Below are positions 33,116 to 42,229 of a DNA stretch of 64,000 bases, piece by piece. The notes below the pieces were generated by a model. It made no database searches. It saw only the letters and a program-made list of their open reading frames with translations, and was not told the origin of the DNA. Location: positions 224 through 64,223 of the IMG/VR virus record IMGVR_UViG_3300008262_000201; one strand, written 5' to 3'. The position numbers were made by a program, and so were the translations under genes. The first letter of the stretch is position 1, and the number at the start of each line of letters is the position of its first letter. Origin of the DNA: a virus (Duplodnaviria > Caudoviricetes).

Positions 33116-35749
33116 ATGACGCCGAGTATGAACCAGCAGGCAGTAAAACCGGGCGAAATTCGGCTCGATCTCATTCCCATTGACTGGCCCTTGACCCCAC
33201 TGGGTCCCAACAAAGATCCTTACGTCATGGGATGGCAGAACAAACCGTTTACTAAAGAAGAAATTGAAAATGAAATTATCAACGGAGAATGTAAAGCTAT
33301 CGGATTACTTGGTGGTCCTGCCTACAACCATCCTTATGGTCTCGTTTGGGTTGATGTTGACGGACCATCCGTCTATGAACTCATCGAACAGATTTCCAAC
33401 CTCCCAATACTCGATGCATTGCCGCCCACCCTTACCATCCTCAGTGGCAAAGCAGGCCGAGAGCGTCGCCTCTACAAAGTAAGTAAAGAAAAACAAAAGC
33501 ATTTCATTCGTAACAAATACACATGGACCTCGCAGGGGTCCATGGAAAAACTTGAGATCTTGTGGAAGCGGCACCAAGGCGTATTGATGGGTGCGCATCC
33601 AGATACGCAAGGTTATTTCACTGCCGAAGGTTTGGGATTTGAATGGGCAGACAAATTACCTGAACTTCCGGATTGGGTATTGAATGGCATCATTACCAGG
33701 AATGCAAAGCAAGGGCGTCCTGCTGAAGAAGTCTCACGCATCATCGGTAACTCGTTCGCAATCACCAGTCGCATTGGATTGGAACGGGATATGCAATTGG
33801 CAGTTGCTGCGATGTGGGCACTCCCCATTGAGGCAGTCGATGACTATGACATTTGGATTGCGATCGGACAGTCGCTCCATGAGTTGGATGAATCCCTGCT
33901 TGATCAATGGGATGAATGGTCCAAACAAAGTGACAAATACAAAGAGAACGAATGCCATAAGCGTTGGTTATCCTTTACAAAAGGTGGTGGCCGGGGCATT
34001 GGTACGCTTTACCATCTGGCTGAGCAGAATGGATGGAAGCGTCCGCAGGAAGACAAGGTTTCTTCCCCTGACGATGCTACGATCAATCTGGCGGCAAGCA
34101 TTCTTCCCGAAATCGAAAGAAATGTGGAAGAAGAAATGAATCGCCTTCTCAACACTGCAACTCCAACCGACACAACTCTAATGAACACCGAAGATTATGG
34201 CGATGATGTACAACCTAAAAGCGCCAAGAAGAATAAAGAGAAGGAACTCAGGCAACCTAAGAATGAAGTTGCGGACAAACTACTTGGAATCTATGCAAAC
34301 AATCTGCTCTTTAGTCTCCCGCACAATCAATTCTTTATGTATGACCCTAGCCAAGGTCTGTGGAGCAAAGTAAGCAAGATTGAAATGCTTGGTGATATCC
34401 GTTCCAAGCTACAAGCTCTTATTACTAGTGGTTGGTTACGCGAAGGGTTTAGCTTTCAAATGCTTGATGATATGTTCAAGCAACTGCAAGCAATGGTCCC
34501 GTGTGATAAATGGCACGAGGCAACAGATGTTCTGCTATTCACCAACGGTGTACTTGACGTCACAACAAAGGAACTGCGGCCATTTGACCGTAATTTGCAT
34601 ATGACGCAACAGATGCCATATGCCTATAACCCTCAAGCAACCTGCGAACCAATCATTGATTGGCTTCGTTACACGCAGCATGGTTCTGAAAAACGTACGC
34701 AAGTTCTTCGTGCATGGCTACGGGCAACTCTTCTTGGTCGCCACGAGCTTCAAAAGTTTCTTGAGTTGGTTGGTCCTGGTAAATCTGGTAAATCCACTTA
34801 TGCAAACCTATGTGTTGCACTGGTAGGTAAACGTAACGTCTGCTCCACAGAGCTAGAACAGATTGAGAAGAACCGATTTGAAACTGCAAGTTTCATGGGT
34901 AAGAAAATCATTCTGTTCCAAGACTCTGACCGTTATGGTGGCAGTGTTTCAAAACTAAAAGCCATTACTGGTGGTGACTGGATTCGTTCTGAGTTCAAAT
35001 ACCAAGCAGATCAACTGGAGCCTTTCCAGTTCCAGGGTGTTGTCATCATTACTGCTAACGAAGCAATTCAGTCCACCGACTACACCTCAGGTCTTGCCCG
35101 TCGCCGCCTTACTATTCCGTTCGACCGTCCTTTTACTGGTGGGCAAGAGCAACAACGTACCTTAATGGGTTTCGATAGTAAGGGTACTCCTGAAGGAGAT
35201 TTTGCACCTTTGCTTCCAGGGCTTGTCAACTGGATCCTGGCTATGTCTGAGTCGGAAATGCGTGACTACTTGATGGAGACATCAAAGCACGTTGATTTCT
35301 TCCAGGCTTATGAGAAGGATCAAGCCATTCGTTCCAATCCGATTTTGGATTGGCTGGATAAACGCGTTATCTTTGTGCCAGGGGCGGAAGTTGCTATGGG
35401 TATGTGTAAACCTTCACCAGGGGGTGTCAATTACTATGTCGACTGGACCACGCAGGTGTATCCGTCTTACGCAGAGCATTGTCGTAGTGCCAATGTTGGT
35501 GTATCGGGGCGTTCTCGCTTTGAGGTCCTACTTATGGACATCTGTAAAAACCAACTGAAACTAAATGTCTACGCAACCAAAAAAACCAATGGGTTGGTAA
35601 TTCACAACATCTTGATACGTGATGGTGTCAGGGATGACTACAAGTGTTACCCCTCCATCCTGGAAGTAGCTGCAGACCCCGCCAAATACAAAGAAATGTA
35701 CGGTGTTAACCCTGCGATAATGGAGGAATACATTGCGACAAACCATTGA
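33116..35749 (+). CDS. PrimPol-PriCT2-D5/P4-type SF3 primase-helicase
   Basis: N-terminal VDVDG (Prim-Pol), YD.WI.IG.SL..W..WS..SDKY (PriCT_2), F.NGVLD (D5_N), Walker A GPGKSGKST. Confidence 0.93.
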   Translation: MTPSMNQQAVKPGEIRLDLIPIDWPLTPLGPNKDPYVMGWQNKPFTKEEIENEIINGECKAIGLLGGPAYNHPYGLVWVDVDGPSVYELIEQISNLPILDALPPTLTILSGKAGRERRLYKVSKEKQKHFIRNKYTWTSQGSMEKLEILWKRHQGVLMGAHPDTQGYFTAEGLGFEWADKLPELPDWVLNGIITRNAKQGRPAEEVSRIIGNSFAITSRIGLERDMQLAVAAMWALPIEAVDDYDIWIAIGQSLHELDESLLDQWDEWSKQSDKYKENECHKRWLSFTKGGGRGIGTLYHLAEQNGWKRPQEDKVSSPDDATINLAASILPEIERNVEEEMNRLLNTATPTDTTLMNTEDYGDDVQPKSAKKNKEKELRQPKNEVADKLLGIYANNLLFSLPHNQFFMYDPSQGLWSKVSKIEMLGDIRSKLQALITSGWLREGFSFQMLDDMFKQLQAMVPCDKWHEATDVLLFTNGVLDVTTKELRPFDRNLHMTQQMPYAYNPQATCEPIIDWLRYTQHGSEKRTQVLRAWLRATLLGRHELQKFLELVGPGKSGKSTYANLCVALVGKRNVCSTELEQIEKNRFETASFMGKKIILFQDSDRYGGSVSKLKAITGGDWIRSEFKYQADQLEPFQFQGVVIITANEAIQSTDYTSGLARRRLTIPFDRPFTGGQEQQRTLMGFDSKGTPEGDFAPLLPGLVNWILAMSESEMRDYLMETSKHVDFFQAYEKDQAIRSNPILDWLDKRVIFVPGAEVAMGMCKPSPGGVNYYVDWTTQVYPSYAEHCRSANVGVSGRSRFEVLLMDICKNQLKLNVYATKKTNGLVIHNILIRDGVRDDYKCYPSILEVAADPAKYKEMYGVNPAIMEEYIATNH

Positions 35750-36108
35750 GCAACGGTCGTCATCTGATCCTTGACCTTTATGGTTGTGATCAAAACCTTT
35801 TAGATAACTATGAGGAGCTCCAGCGTTTGCTGGAAGCTTCTCTTGTTTTGGCGGGAGCAAATATCTTACGTATCTTTGGTGAGAAATTTGAACCGCAAGG
35901 CGTTACCTTGTTGGCACTATTGTCTGAATCCCACGCATCTATCCACACGTGGCCAGAAGTAGGGTATGCGGCAGTTGATCTATACACCTGTGGTGATACC
36001 ACGCTCACACATCGGGCTGCAGAATTTTTGAAATCAAAACTCAAGGCAACAACAGCGGAAGAAAAAGAGCTTGTGCGATCAATTGAACCTCTTGATTGTG
36101 TAGAGTAA
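35746..36108 (+). CDS. speD: S-adenosylmethionine decarboxylase proenzyme
   Basis: GRHLILDLYGC, FEPQGVT, LSESH.SIHTWPE, DLYTCG. Confidence 0.95.
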   Translation: MSNGRHLILDLYGCDQNLLDNYEELQRLLEASLVLAGANILRIFGEKFEPQGVTLLALLSESHASIHTWPEVGYAAVDLYTCGDTTLTHRAAEFLKSKLKATTAEEKELVRSIEPLDCVE

Positions 36109-36128
36109 ATCGGAATTATTCCGATCTA

Positions 36129-37391
36129 ATGACTAAGAAAGCAAAACTTTTGTGGTGTGGTGACATCGTTGCCATGACCGGCTTTGCACGTGTAACTGAA
36201 AATGTTATCTCTCGTCTGAAAGACGACTTTGAAATTGTTGTTCTTGGTAACAACTGGTGGGGTGATCCAACGCCACTTCAGCAGGAGTACAAGATGTACC
36301 CGTCATCTAACCGTCATCAGACCGCACCTTTTGGTGAGCAACGCATTCGTGAGATCGTTGAACGTGAACAACCCGACGTGGTATTTACGATCAATGATAT
36401 GTGGATTATTAATGAGCAATACAATCAAATTAAGGATCTGCACAAGGCTGGCAAGTTTAAATTTGTTGGCTATGCACCCATGGATTCGTATGCATGGACA
36501 GGTTGCTTAGCGGATACTGCCAATGAATGGGACGCTGTGGTCTCGTACACAGAATTTGGTGCACACGAATTTATGGCTGGTGGTATCACCAGGCCTATCT
36601 CTATTATTCCGCATGGTGTGACTCCTGGTCAGTTCTATCCAGTAGATAAGGCAGAGGCACGCCGCAAGCTGGGACTTAAAGAAGATAGCTTCATTGTTTT
36701 CAATGGTAACCGCAATCAATTCCGCAAACGGATTGACATCACAATCAAAGCATTTGCTGCGTTTGCGGTAGATAAACCTAATGCAATGCTTTACCTGCAC
36801 ATGGGGCTCAAGGACCAGGGCTGGGACATCATGGAGGTGTTTGCACGTGAGATGACACGTGTGGGTCTTGATCCAAATGGACGCATCATTATGACGTCAA
36901 ATCAACCCAGTCCTCCGAATGTATCGGTGGAAATGCTGAATGACATCTATAACGCATGTGATGTTGGTGTCAATACGTGTAAAGGTGAGGGCTGGGGTCT
37001 TGTCAACTTTGAACACGCTGCCTGTGGTGTGCCGCAGGTAGTGCCCGACCATACGTCATGCAAAGAGATCTTCGAGGGCTACGGCGAACTGATCCGTTGC
37101 GACCACATCGATGTGGATACCAACTACGCACGTGAGATGCCATGCCCTTCCTCTGATCACCTTGCTGAGATCTTGACGTACCTGTACCAAGACAAAGGCA
37201 TTCGTGAATGGGTTGGTACACGCTGCCGAGAACGAGTACTGGATCCGCAGTTCTCATGGGACACAGTTGCGTCTCAATTTGGTGGCATCTTTGAGGAGGT
37301 GTTGTCCCAAGAACCTGAACCTGTGGCAAAACCTAAAGAAAAACGGAAGGAACGAAAGGATCGTACGAAGACCCGGAAGCTTGGTAAGTGA
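36129..37391 (+). CDS. glycosyltransferase family 4 (GT-B)
   Basis: TGFARV, IPHGV, RNQ.RKR, EGWGL..FE.AACG.PQV. Confidence 0.92.
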   Translation: MTKKAKLLWCGDIVAMTGFARVTENVISRLKDDFEIVVLGNNWWGDPTPLQQEYKMYPSSNRHQTAPFGEQRIREIVEREQPDVVFTINDMWIINEQYNQIKDLHKAGKFKFVGYAPMDSYAWTGCLADTANEWDAVVSYTEFGAHEFMAGGITRPISIIPHGVTPGQFYPVDKAEARRKLGLKEDSFIVFNGNRNQFRKRIDITIKAFAAFAVDKPNAMLYLHMGLKDQGWDIMEVFAREMTRVGLDPNGRIIMTSNQPSPPNVSVEMLNDIYNACDVGVNTCKGEGWGLVNFEHAACGVPQVVPDHTSCKEIFEGYGELIRCDHIDVDTNYAREMPCPSSDHLAEILTYLYQDKGIREWVGTRCRERVLDPQFSWDTVASQFGGIFEEVLSQEPEPVAKPKEKRKERKDRTKTRKLGK

Positions 37392-37443
37392 CGTTTGATG
37401 GTACGTATGTACTGTGGAGAACGTACGGAGATGGGTAAAACAA

Positions 37444-37637
37444 TGAATACCGTCCTATTCAAGGATGAATACAGTCTTATCTAACCCTCTATAGGGTTTC
37501 ATACGTTGTTAAAACAGTGTTGCATTTGTGGAAAAAATCATGAAGCCACACAGAGGTGCAACACTTTTTCAACACAGTATGAAACCCTATATCTAAGTAA
37601 ATAAGGCGGTATTCACCCCTCCACAAGCCGGTATTCA
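37444..37637. repeat. origin-like palindromic element, copy 2
   Basis: 39-bp arm identical to 2991-3029; inverted arm and 22-bp-spaced GGTATTCA repeats. Confidence 0.75.
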
Positions 37638-37701
37638 CAGTTTCTCTTGCGTACACTTCCCAACAGTGGTACAGTGTCATGGTCCCCACTACCAGGAGGT
37701 C

Positions 37702-38130
37702 ATGGCACGCACCTACCTAGAGATGCTTCCGCTTTGGTACGTACAGGACCAGCTAGAGCTCTCTGACCAATACGCGACAGGTCTTGCGTGGAAGACGCAA
37801 GCACGTGGTCACAAGCCCGGTGACATAGCTGGCCGGCAGCATGGCAAGTACTGTTACGTTTCTCTTTGCGGCGCACGGTACCAAGCGCATCGCATCGTGT
37901 ACTACTTACGTACTGGTAGCGATCCAGGGAACGCAGACGTCGTTCACGACCCCTCCAACGTCACGTACGACAACCGTCAGGAGCTAGCCCTCAAACAACG
38001 CCGCACCCGTCCTGCGCCTTCATACCGACGCCGCACACGTAACGCCGAAGGAGAGCTGGTCTACAACCTGGAGAACGGCATGTCCTTCCACAAGTACCAA
38101 CGCCTTATCGGCAACCCACTCAGTTCTTAA
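37702..38130 (+). CDS. degenerate HNH endonuclease-like protein
   Basis: GLAW..G.IAG...YQAHRIVYYL.TG.DP....V.H.....DNR. Confidence 0.7.
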   Translation: MARTYLEMLPLWYVQDQLELSDQYATGLAWKTQARGHKPGDIAGRQHGKYCYVSLCGARYQAHRIVYYLRTGSDPGNADVVHDPSNVTYDNRQELALKQRRTRPAPSYRRRTRNAEGELVYNLENGMSFHKYQRLIGNPLSS

Positions 38131-38132
38131 TC

Positions 38133-38852
38133 ATGGCCAACTACACCAAACGCATCAACGAACTGGCTTCTGTACTGTCGCCTTTCCGGTACGTTGCCAA
38201 CATTGAGTTACTTACGGATGCACAGTTAAGTGCACATGGTTATTACAGGGGATTTATATGCCCCCATGGGCATACCATTCGTGACAAGACATATCACTGG
38301 TGTTACGAATGTGTTCGTAAAATTTCCAATAACAACTGTGGTTTTGACATCAACTATATTGATGGCTTGTACAAACATCGCCTGCTATCCATCTGGAGCA
38401 AGATACCTGTAAAGGATTTTGAAGAGTGCTGGGAAGCACCTGCGTTAACAAAAGCGCGCATTCGTTTCCCTTCCTATCGTTCTGCTAACAGTAAAAACCT
38501 AGCTGAAAACATCAGTGCACATAAAGTCATTTATCAATGTGCATGGGGAGATGTTGGCAAGATGGTTGTAACACGTACGTGCCGCAATAAAGATTGTCTT
38601 AATCCTTTGCATATGATTTCAAGTTGGAATCGCACTTTCCCACCCGTTGAGATCCAACCGTTCCATCACACGTTTGACCCCAGCAAATTAATGCACGCTG
38701 CAGATAACCAGCTAAAAGAAACACCTGAACCCATTATGAAAGCCAAGTACAAACAAACGATTCAACATCCGTTGGTGAACAAAAACACCCCGGATTATGA
38801 TGATACACAGGAGCTGTATTACGGTTCATATGCCCAGGAATTCAGTAGTTAG
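38133..38852 (+). CDS. His-Me finger / Zn-binding-loop nuclease-like protein
   Basis: CPHGH..CYEC, ECWE, AHK..Y, TC.N..C.NP.H. Confidence 0.75.
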   Translation: MANYTKRINELASVLSPFRYVANIELLTDAQLSAHGYYRGFICPHGHTIRDKTYHWCYECVRKISNNNCGFDINYIDGLYKHRLLSIWSKIPVKDFEECWEAPALTKARIRFPSYRSANSKNLAENISAHKVIYQCAWGDVGKMVVTRTCRNKDCLNPLHMISSWNRTFPPVEIQPFHHTFDPSKLMHAADNQLKETPEPIMKAKYKQTIQHPLVNKNTPDYDDTQELYYGSYAQEFSS

Positions 38853-39738
38853 TCAAGAGCAACGAACTAAAAATAATCCATTAGTACTTGGTACTTTTGA
38901 TCAGCTTTCGCTGCGTTATTTACGTGGCAATCTTGGTGCAAAGTACCAAGTAAAAACCAACGGGTTTGGCGGCGGTACGTACAACAATTGGTTCCAGGTC
39001 AATCTTTCGGCACCTGCTTGGATCATTGTTACCAAAGGGCCGCCGCGCCCTACATATATCAACGTCAGTGTCTATGATCTCAACAACATCCCTCAAACAG
39101 ATCTGCCTGTGTTCCAGGCTGATTCACTGACTGATGGTATCAACAATCTAGGAGATGTGTACATTCCTTACCTCAATACGGTAATGAGTGTTCAATCTGA
39201 TCTTTACAACACCTTTGATAGGTTGCGGCTTGATCGTGGTGATGACCGATACTTTCCTTTAGGCGTTGGCAGCTATTTAATTTGCATTTCGTCTACACGC
39301 AACGAACCCCTTAATTACGAAGTTGGTGTTGTTATCGAGCCTGCTTCTACCGCTCAAGAAGTATATTGGGAGCTAGAAGACGTAGATGGCAGCATTGTAT
39401 TGCAGGAGTACACGATTGATGTAGCAGAGATTGTTAGTCCTGTAGACACTGCAGTTATTATTCCTCCCAATGGAGGTGCATTCACTGAAGCTCTTTGTGT
39501 TATTGAATCTCCAGGGGGGAGTGTTACTGTTGGCACCAACTCCACATGGTTAATTGGTACGCGTATTCCAAGTGGCAATATCAATGATTTTAAAATAGAA
39601 CTAGAGCCTGGTGATGACGCATACTACGATACTATTCATGACCACTCATTGTCAGATTGGCAAGCTGCTTGGAGTAGGGAACATCAAGATACCGATCGGT
39701 TCCCTGAGGTCTTTATTCCGTTAACAAACAGACCATGA
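38830..39738 (+). CDS. hypothetical, probably structural protein
   Basis: About 300-aa beta-rich ORF. Confidence 0.7.
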   Translation: MPRNSVVSQEQRTKNNPLVLGTFDQLSLRYLRGNLGAKYQVKTNGFGGGTYNNWFQVNLSAPAWIIVTKGPPRPTYINVSVYDLNNIPQTDLPVFQADSLTDGINNLGDVYIPYLNTVMSVQSDLYNTFDRLRLDRGDDRYFPLGVGSYLICISSTRNEPLNYEVGVVIEPASTAQEVYWELEDVDGSIVLQEYTIDVAEIVSPVDTAVIIPPNGGAFTEALCVIESPGGSVTVGTNSTWLIGTRIPSGNINDFKIELEPGDDAYYDTIHDHSLSDWQAAWSREHQDTDRFPEVFIPLTNRP

Positions 39739-39857
39739 TCAAAAAGCTACTTGCTTTATTCCGTAAAAAACCACGTAAACATTATCCGCATGTTGCTTGG
39801 TTGCGCTATTGTATGGAAAATCCATCGGCACCAGGGTGCCGCATGTATGACGTATGA
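39735..39857 (+). CDS. cp12: CP12-like microprotein (C-terminal motif only; not in ORF track)
   Basis: Ends LRYCMENPSAPGCRMYDV, matching the CP12 Y-C-x-x-N-P-x4-C-R-x-Y-D motif; coupled by ATGA overlaps on both sides. Confidence 0.65.
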   Translation: MIKKLLALFRKKPRKHYPHVAWLRYCMENPSAPGCRMYDV

Positions 39858-40017
39858 CTCTTTTAGATCCTCCTCAAAAACCCAAAGAACCTAAACCAGT
39901 GCCTTCCAGGATTACGGAAGCCACTGAAGAAGACTGGCAAGATTTTTTTGCCGAGCAAGAAAACTTGGATTACCTAAGAGAATTTGACCGGTAGAATAAA
40001 GAAAAACCAGATCTACC

Positions 40018-40206
40018 ATGAGCGTAAACAACTATATCGAAGCTGCTCTCGCTGTTCATGCGGCGGCTTCTGTTATTACCGCCTTAACACCAACCCCAAA
40101 AGATGACGCACTTGCAGTAAAAGCTTACCGCATCATCGAATTGTGCGCTTTGGTTGTAGGCCGTGCCAAAGAACCCGGCACTGAAAAGCGTCGCCGTCGT
40201 CGTTGA
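40018..40206 (+). CDS. holin-like small membrane protein
   Basis: AAS.ITALTPTPKDD motif; converges on the endolysin. Confidence 0.6.
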   Translation: MSVNNYIEAALAVHAAASVITALTPTPKDDALAVKAYRIIELCALVVGRAKEPGTEKRRRRR

Positions 40207-40208
40207 TC

Positions 40209-41213
40209 TCAATAGTTCCAACGAACGCGTGGCTTGCCTTCTCTGATACCAAGGTGCACGAAACCTTTTGGTGCGCCGTAGCCTAATGAGTAAGGCCAAT
40301 TTTTATCACACCAGCTTTGCACTGTGTTGATATCCACACCATCAACGTAAAAATCAACGGCTCCTTTTGATGGAGCACTGTAAGTGTGCTCACTGTTCTT
40401 GGCACCGCCTACTTGTGTATTGATGGGTTCTGGGCGAGAAGCACTTGTGATGATCAATGGTTTGTTACCAAATTGCTTACGTACTTTCTCAAGGAATAAA
40501 CAAAGTTCTTTTGCCGTATCACATTGATACTGTTTGGTGAACCGACGAGCTTCTTGATTAAGAGTTAATTCACCATAGGTGATGTTAGGTGTGATCTTAT
40601 AGGTGAACGGGCTCCAAGGAGTAAAGTTACTGGCGTGCGGGTCAACATCTTTTTTTTCTCCAATGTTTTGGAGTTGTCGATCCATAATTTGAATTAATTT
40701 TGTACTGTAGTCTGGATCAGTAGCGTATCCTTCTTTGACCAGTAAACGCGCACATTCATTTCTACTGGTTGCCCTGTTAACACCTTTGTGCCCATCAAAG
40801 TCTTTGTACCAACGATCAACAAGGTACGAAACACAGGTTCTTAGGTCAGGGAAATCAATGAATCCAGCCTTGATTGTGATCCACTGACCGTTGATAAATT
40901 CCTTTGTTTCAACCGTAGAGCCAGATCCTTTTAATCCAAAGTAATTGTTTTTACCGGAGGTGTGTTGACCCCAGCCAGACTCAAGTGCCCACTGTGCAGC
41001 AACGCATTCAGGAAATTTGGCACCTGCTTCTTTTGCTGTTTTAACAACAACATCCCAAGTAATGGTGCTTTCCTTGGCTGGCTTATTGCGATATTTAACA
41101 GAAAAAGACTCCAAGACCTCAGGTGTTAACTGAGATTGGAGCCATTCCCATGCGTCAATTTGATGCGGTTCTTTGTTAAAGAACTCAGCAGCGTCTGTAA
41201 GTTTAATTGTCAC
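40209..41213 (-). CDS. bifunctional endolysin: GH73 glucosaminidase plus peptidase M15
   Basis: AQWALESGWG..NNYFGLK..GYATDPDY; ITS..R...N..VGGA.NS.H..AVD..FVHL. Confidence 0.9.
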   Translation of the reverse strand: MTIKLTDAAEFFNKEPHQIDAWEWLQSQLTPEVLESFSVKYRNKPAKESTITWDVVVKTAKEAGAKFPECVAAQWALESGWGQHTSGKNNYFGLKGSGSTVETKEFINGQWITIKAGFIDFPDLRTCVSYLVDRWYKDFDGHKGVNRATSRNECARLLVKEGYATDPDYSTKLIQIMDRQLQNIGEKKDVDPHASNFTPWSPFTYKITPNITYGELTLNQEARRFTKQYQCDTAKELCLFLEKVRKQFGNKPLIITSASRPEPINTQVGGAKNSEHTYSAPSKGAVDFYVDGVDINTVQSWCDKNWPYSLGYGAPKGFVHLGIREGKPRVRWNY

Positions 41214-41263
41214 AACACAACTATCAATTGTTTTTATTTTAACTGATAATAGTGTCGTGTATT

Positions 41264-41635
41264 TTAAACTTCAACGTAACCAAGTGGATGCGGTAATGGC
41301 GGCAAAGGATCTGGTACGTCCCAGGGGAGTCCTGATGCTTTGTTTAATTCCGCATCAACGCGTGCTGCCAAAGCGTTTTCAATTTCCTTAACGCGGTCAG
41401 ACGTAAGGGCATCTTTGCACCAGCCCATGACGGTCTCTTTATTGAGGCTGAGATAGGGCACCCATTTTTTACGGTCAGCGGGGGCAAGTTCAACAATGCC
41501 AGAAGTACTGACTGTGTACTTACCCGCCATCTGATACGCAAACCAATGGATTGCTGTGACTTCACTACCTGGGTAAGAAGCACTATCCGGAAGTCTCCGA
41601 TCTAGCAATGAAATTCCCCAGGTAGTTTTAGTCAT
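41264..41635 (-). CDS. tail-fibre-associated protein
   Basis: W.I..L.R..PD...V..IHW...PY..L.KE.V.GW...G.PW; paralog of 41856. Confidence 0.7.
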   Translation of the reverse strand: MTKTTWGISLLDRRLPDSASYPGSEVTAIHWFAYQMAGKYTVSTSGIVELAPADRKKWVPYLSLNKETVMGWCKDALTSDRVKEIENALAARVDAELNKASGLPWDVPDPLPPLPHPLGYVEV

Positions 41636-41638
41636 TAC

Positions 41639-41821
41639 TCAATCTTCAACAACTTCAGGATTAACGGCAGCAACTTGTTCTTCCTCTGGCGCAAACTCAA
41701 GAGTTTCGATCAGTTGGCCGATAAGGTTACCAGCGAAAGCAACAAGGTTGCCGTCACCAGTGGCACGTGCAGAACCAAAGGAATTGATGGCGCTAACTAG
41801 CTGAGACTTTGTGCAAGCCAT
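41639..41821 (-). CDS. hypothetical protein
   Basis: 60-aa ORF in the tail module. Confidence 0.65.
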   Translation of the reverse strand: MACTKSQLVSAINSFGSARATGDGNLVAFAGNLIGQLIETLEFAPEEEQVAAVNPEVVED

Positions 41822-41855
41822 AATGAACAGATAACTTCAAAGAGTATAACAAAAA

Positions 41856-42179
41856 TCACCAGGGAACGCCAGATTCAGAAGTGGGGTGCAATTTGGCTTG
41901 GATCTGGTTGTGCAGTGCTTCTTCAATCGAAACAACTTGATCAACGCCAAGTGCTGCCAGGGTCCAGTTCACCACTTCTTCTTTGGTGAGTTCACTGAAA
42001 GGAGTGAAGTTATCAGGGTCGGGTTCACCAAGACCAACGCTGCCGTAACAACCGGTAGTTTCACCGTCTTCTTCCAGTGATGCAGTCCAATGGATGGTGT
42101 ATACAGCGCCATCAGGACAGGTGTCACCATCAGGAAGATGACGTTCGAGGTTGGCAATATCCCAAACAGTGTTGGTCAT
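41856..42179 (-). CDS. tail-fibre-associated protein
   Basis: W.I..LER...DGAV..IHW...PF.ELT.E.V..W...GVPW. Confidence 0.75.
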   Translation of the reverse strand: MTNTVWDIANLERHLPDGDTCPDGAVYTIHWTASLEEDGETTGCYGSVGLGEPDPDNFTPFSELTKEEVVNWTLAALGVDQVVSIEEALHNQIQAKLHPTSESGVPW

Positions 42180-42229
42180 AGTTAATGATATTTTCTTTTA
42201 TTTTACCAGGGGTGATTAGTGAGTAGGGC

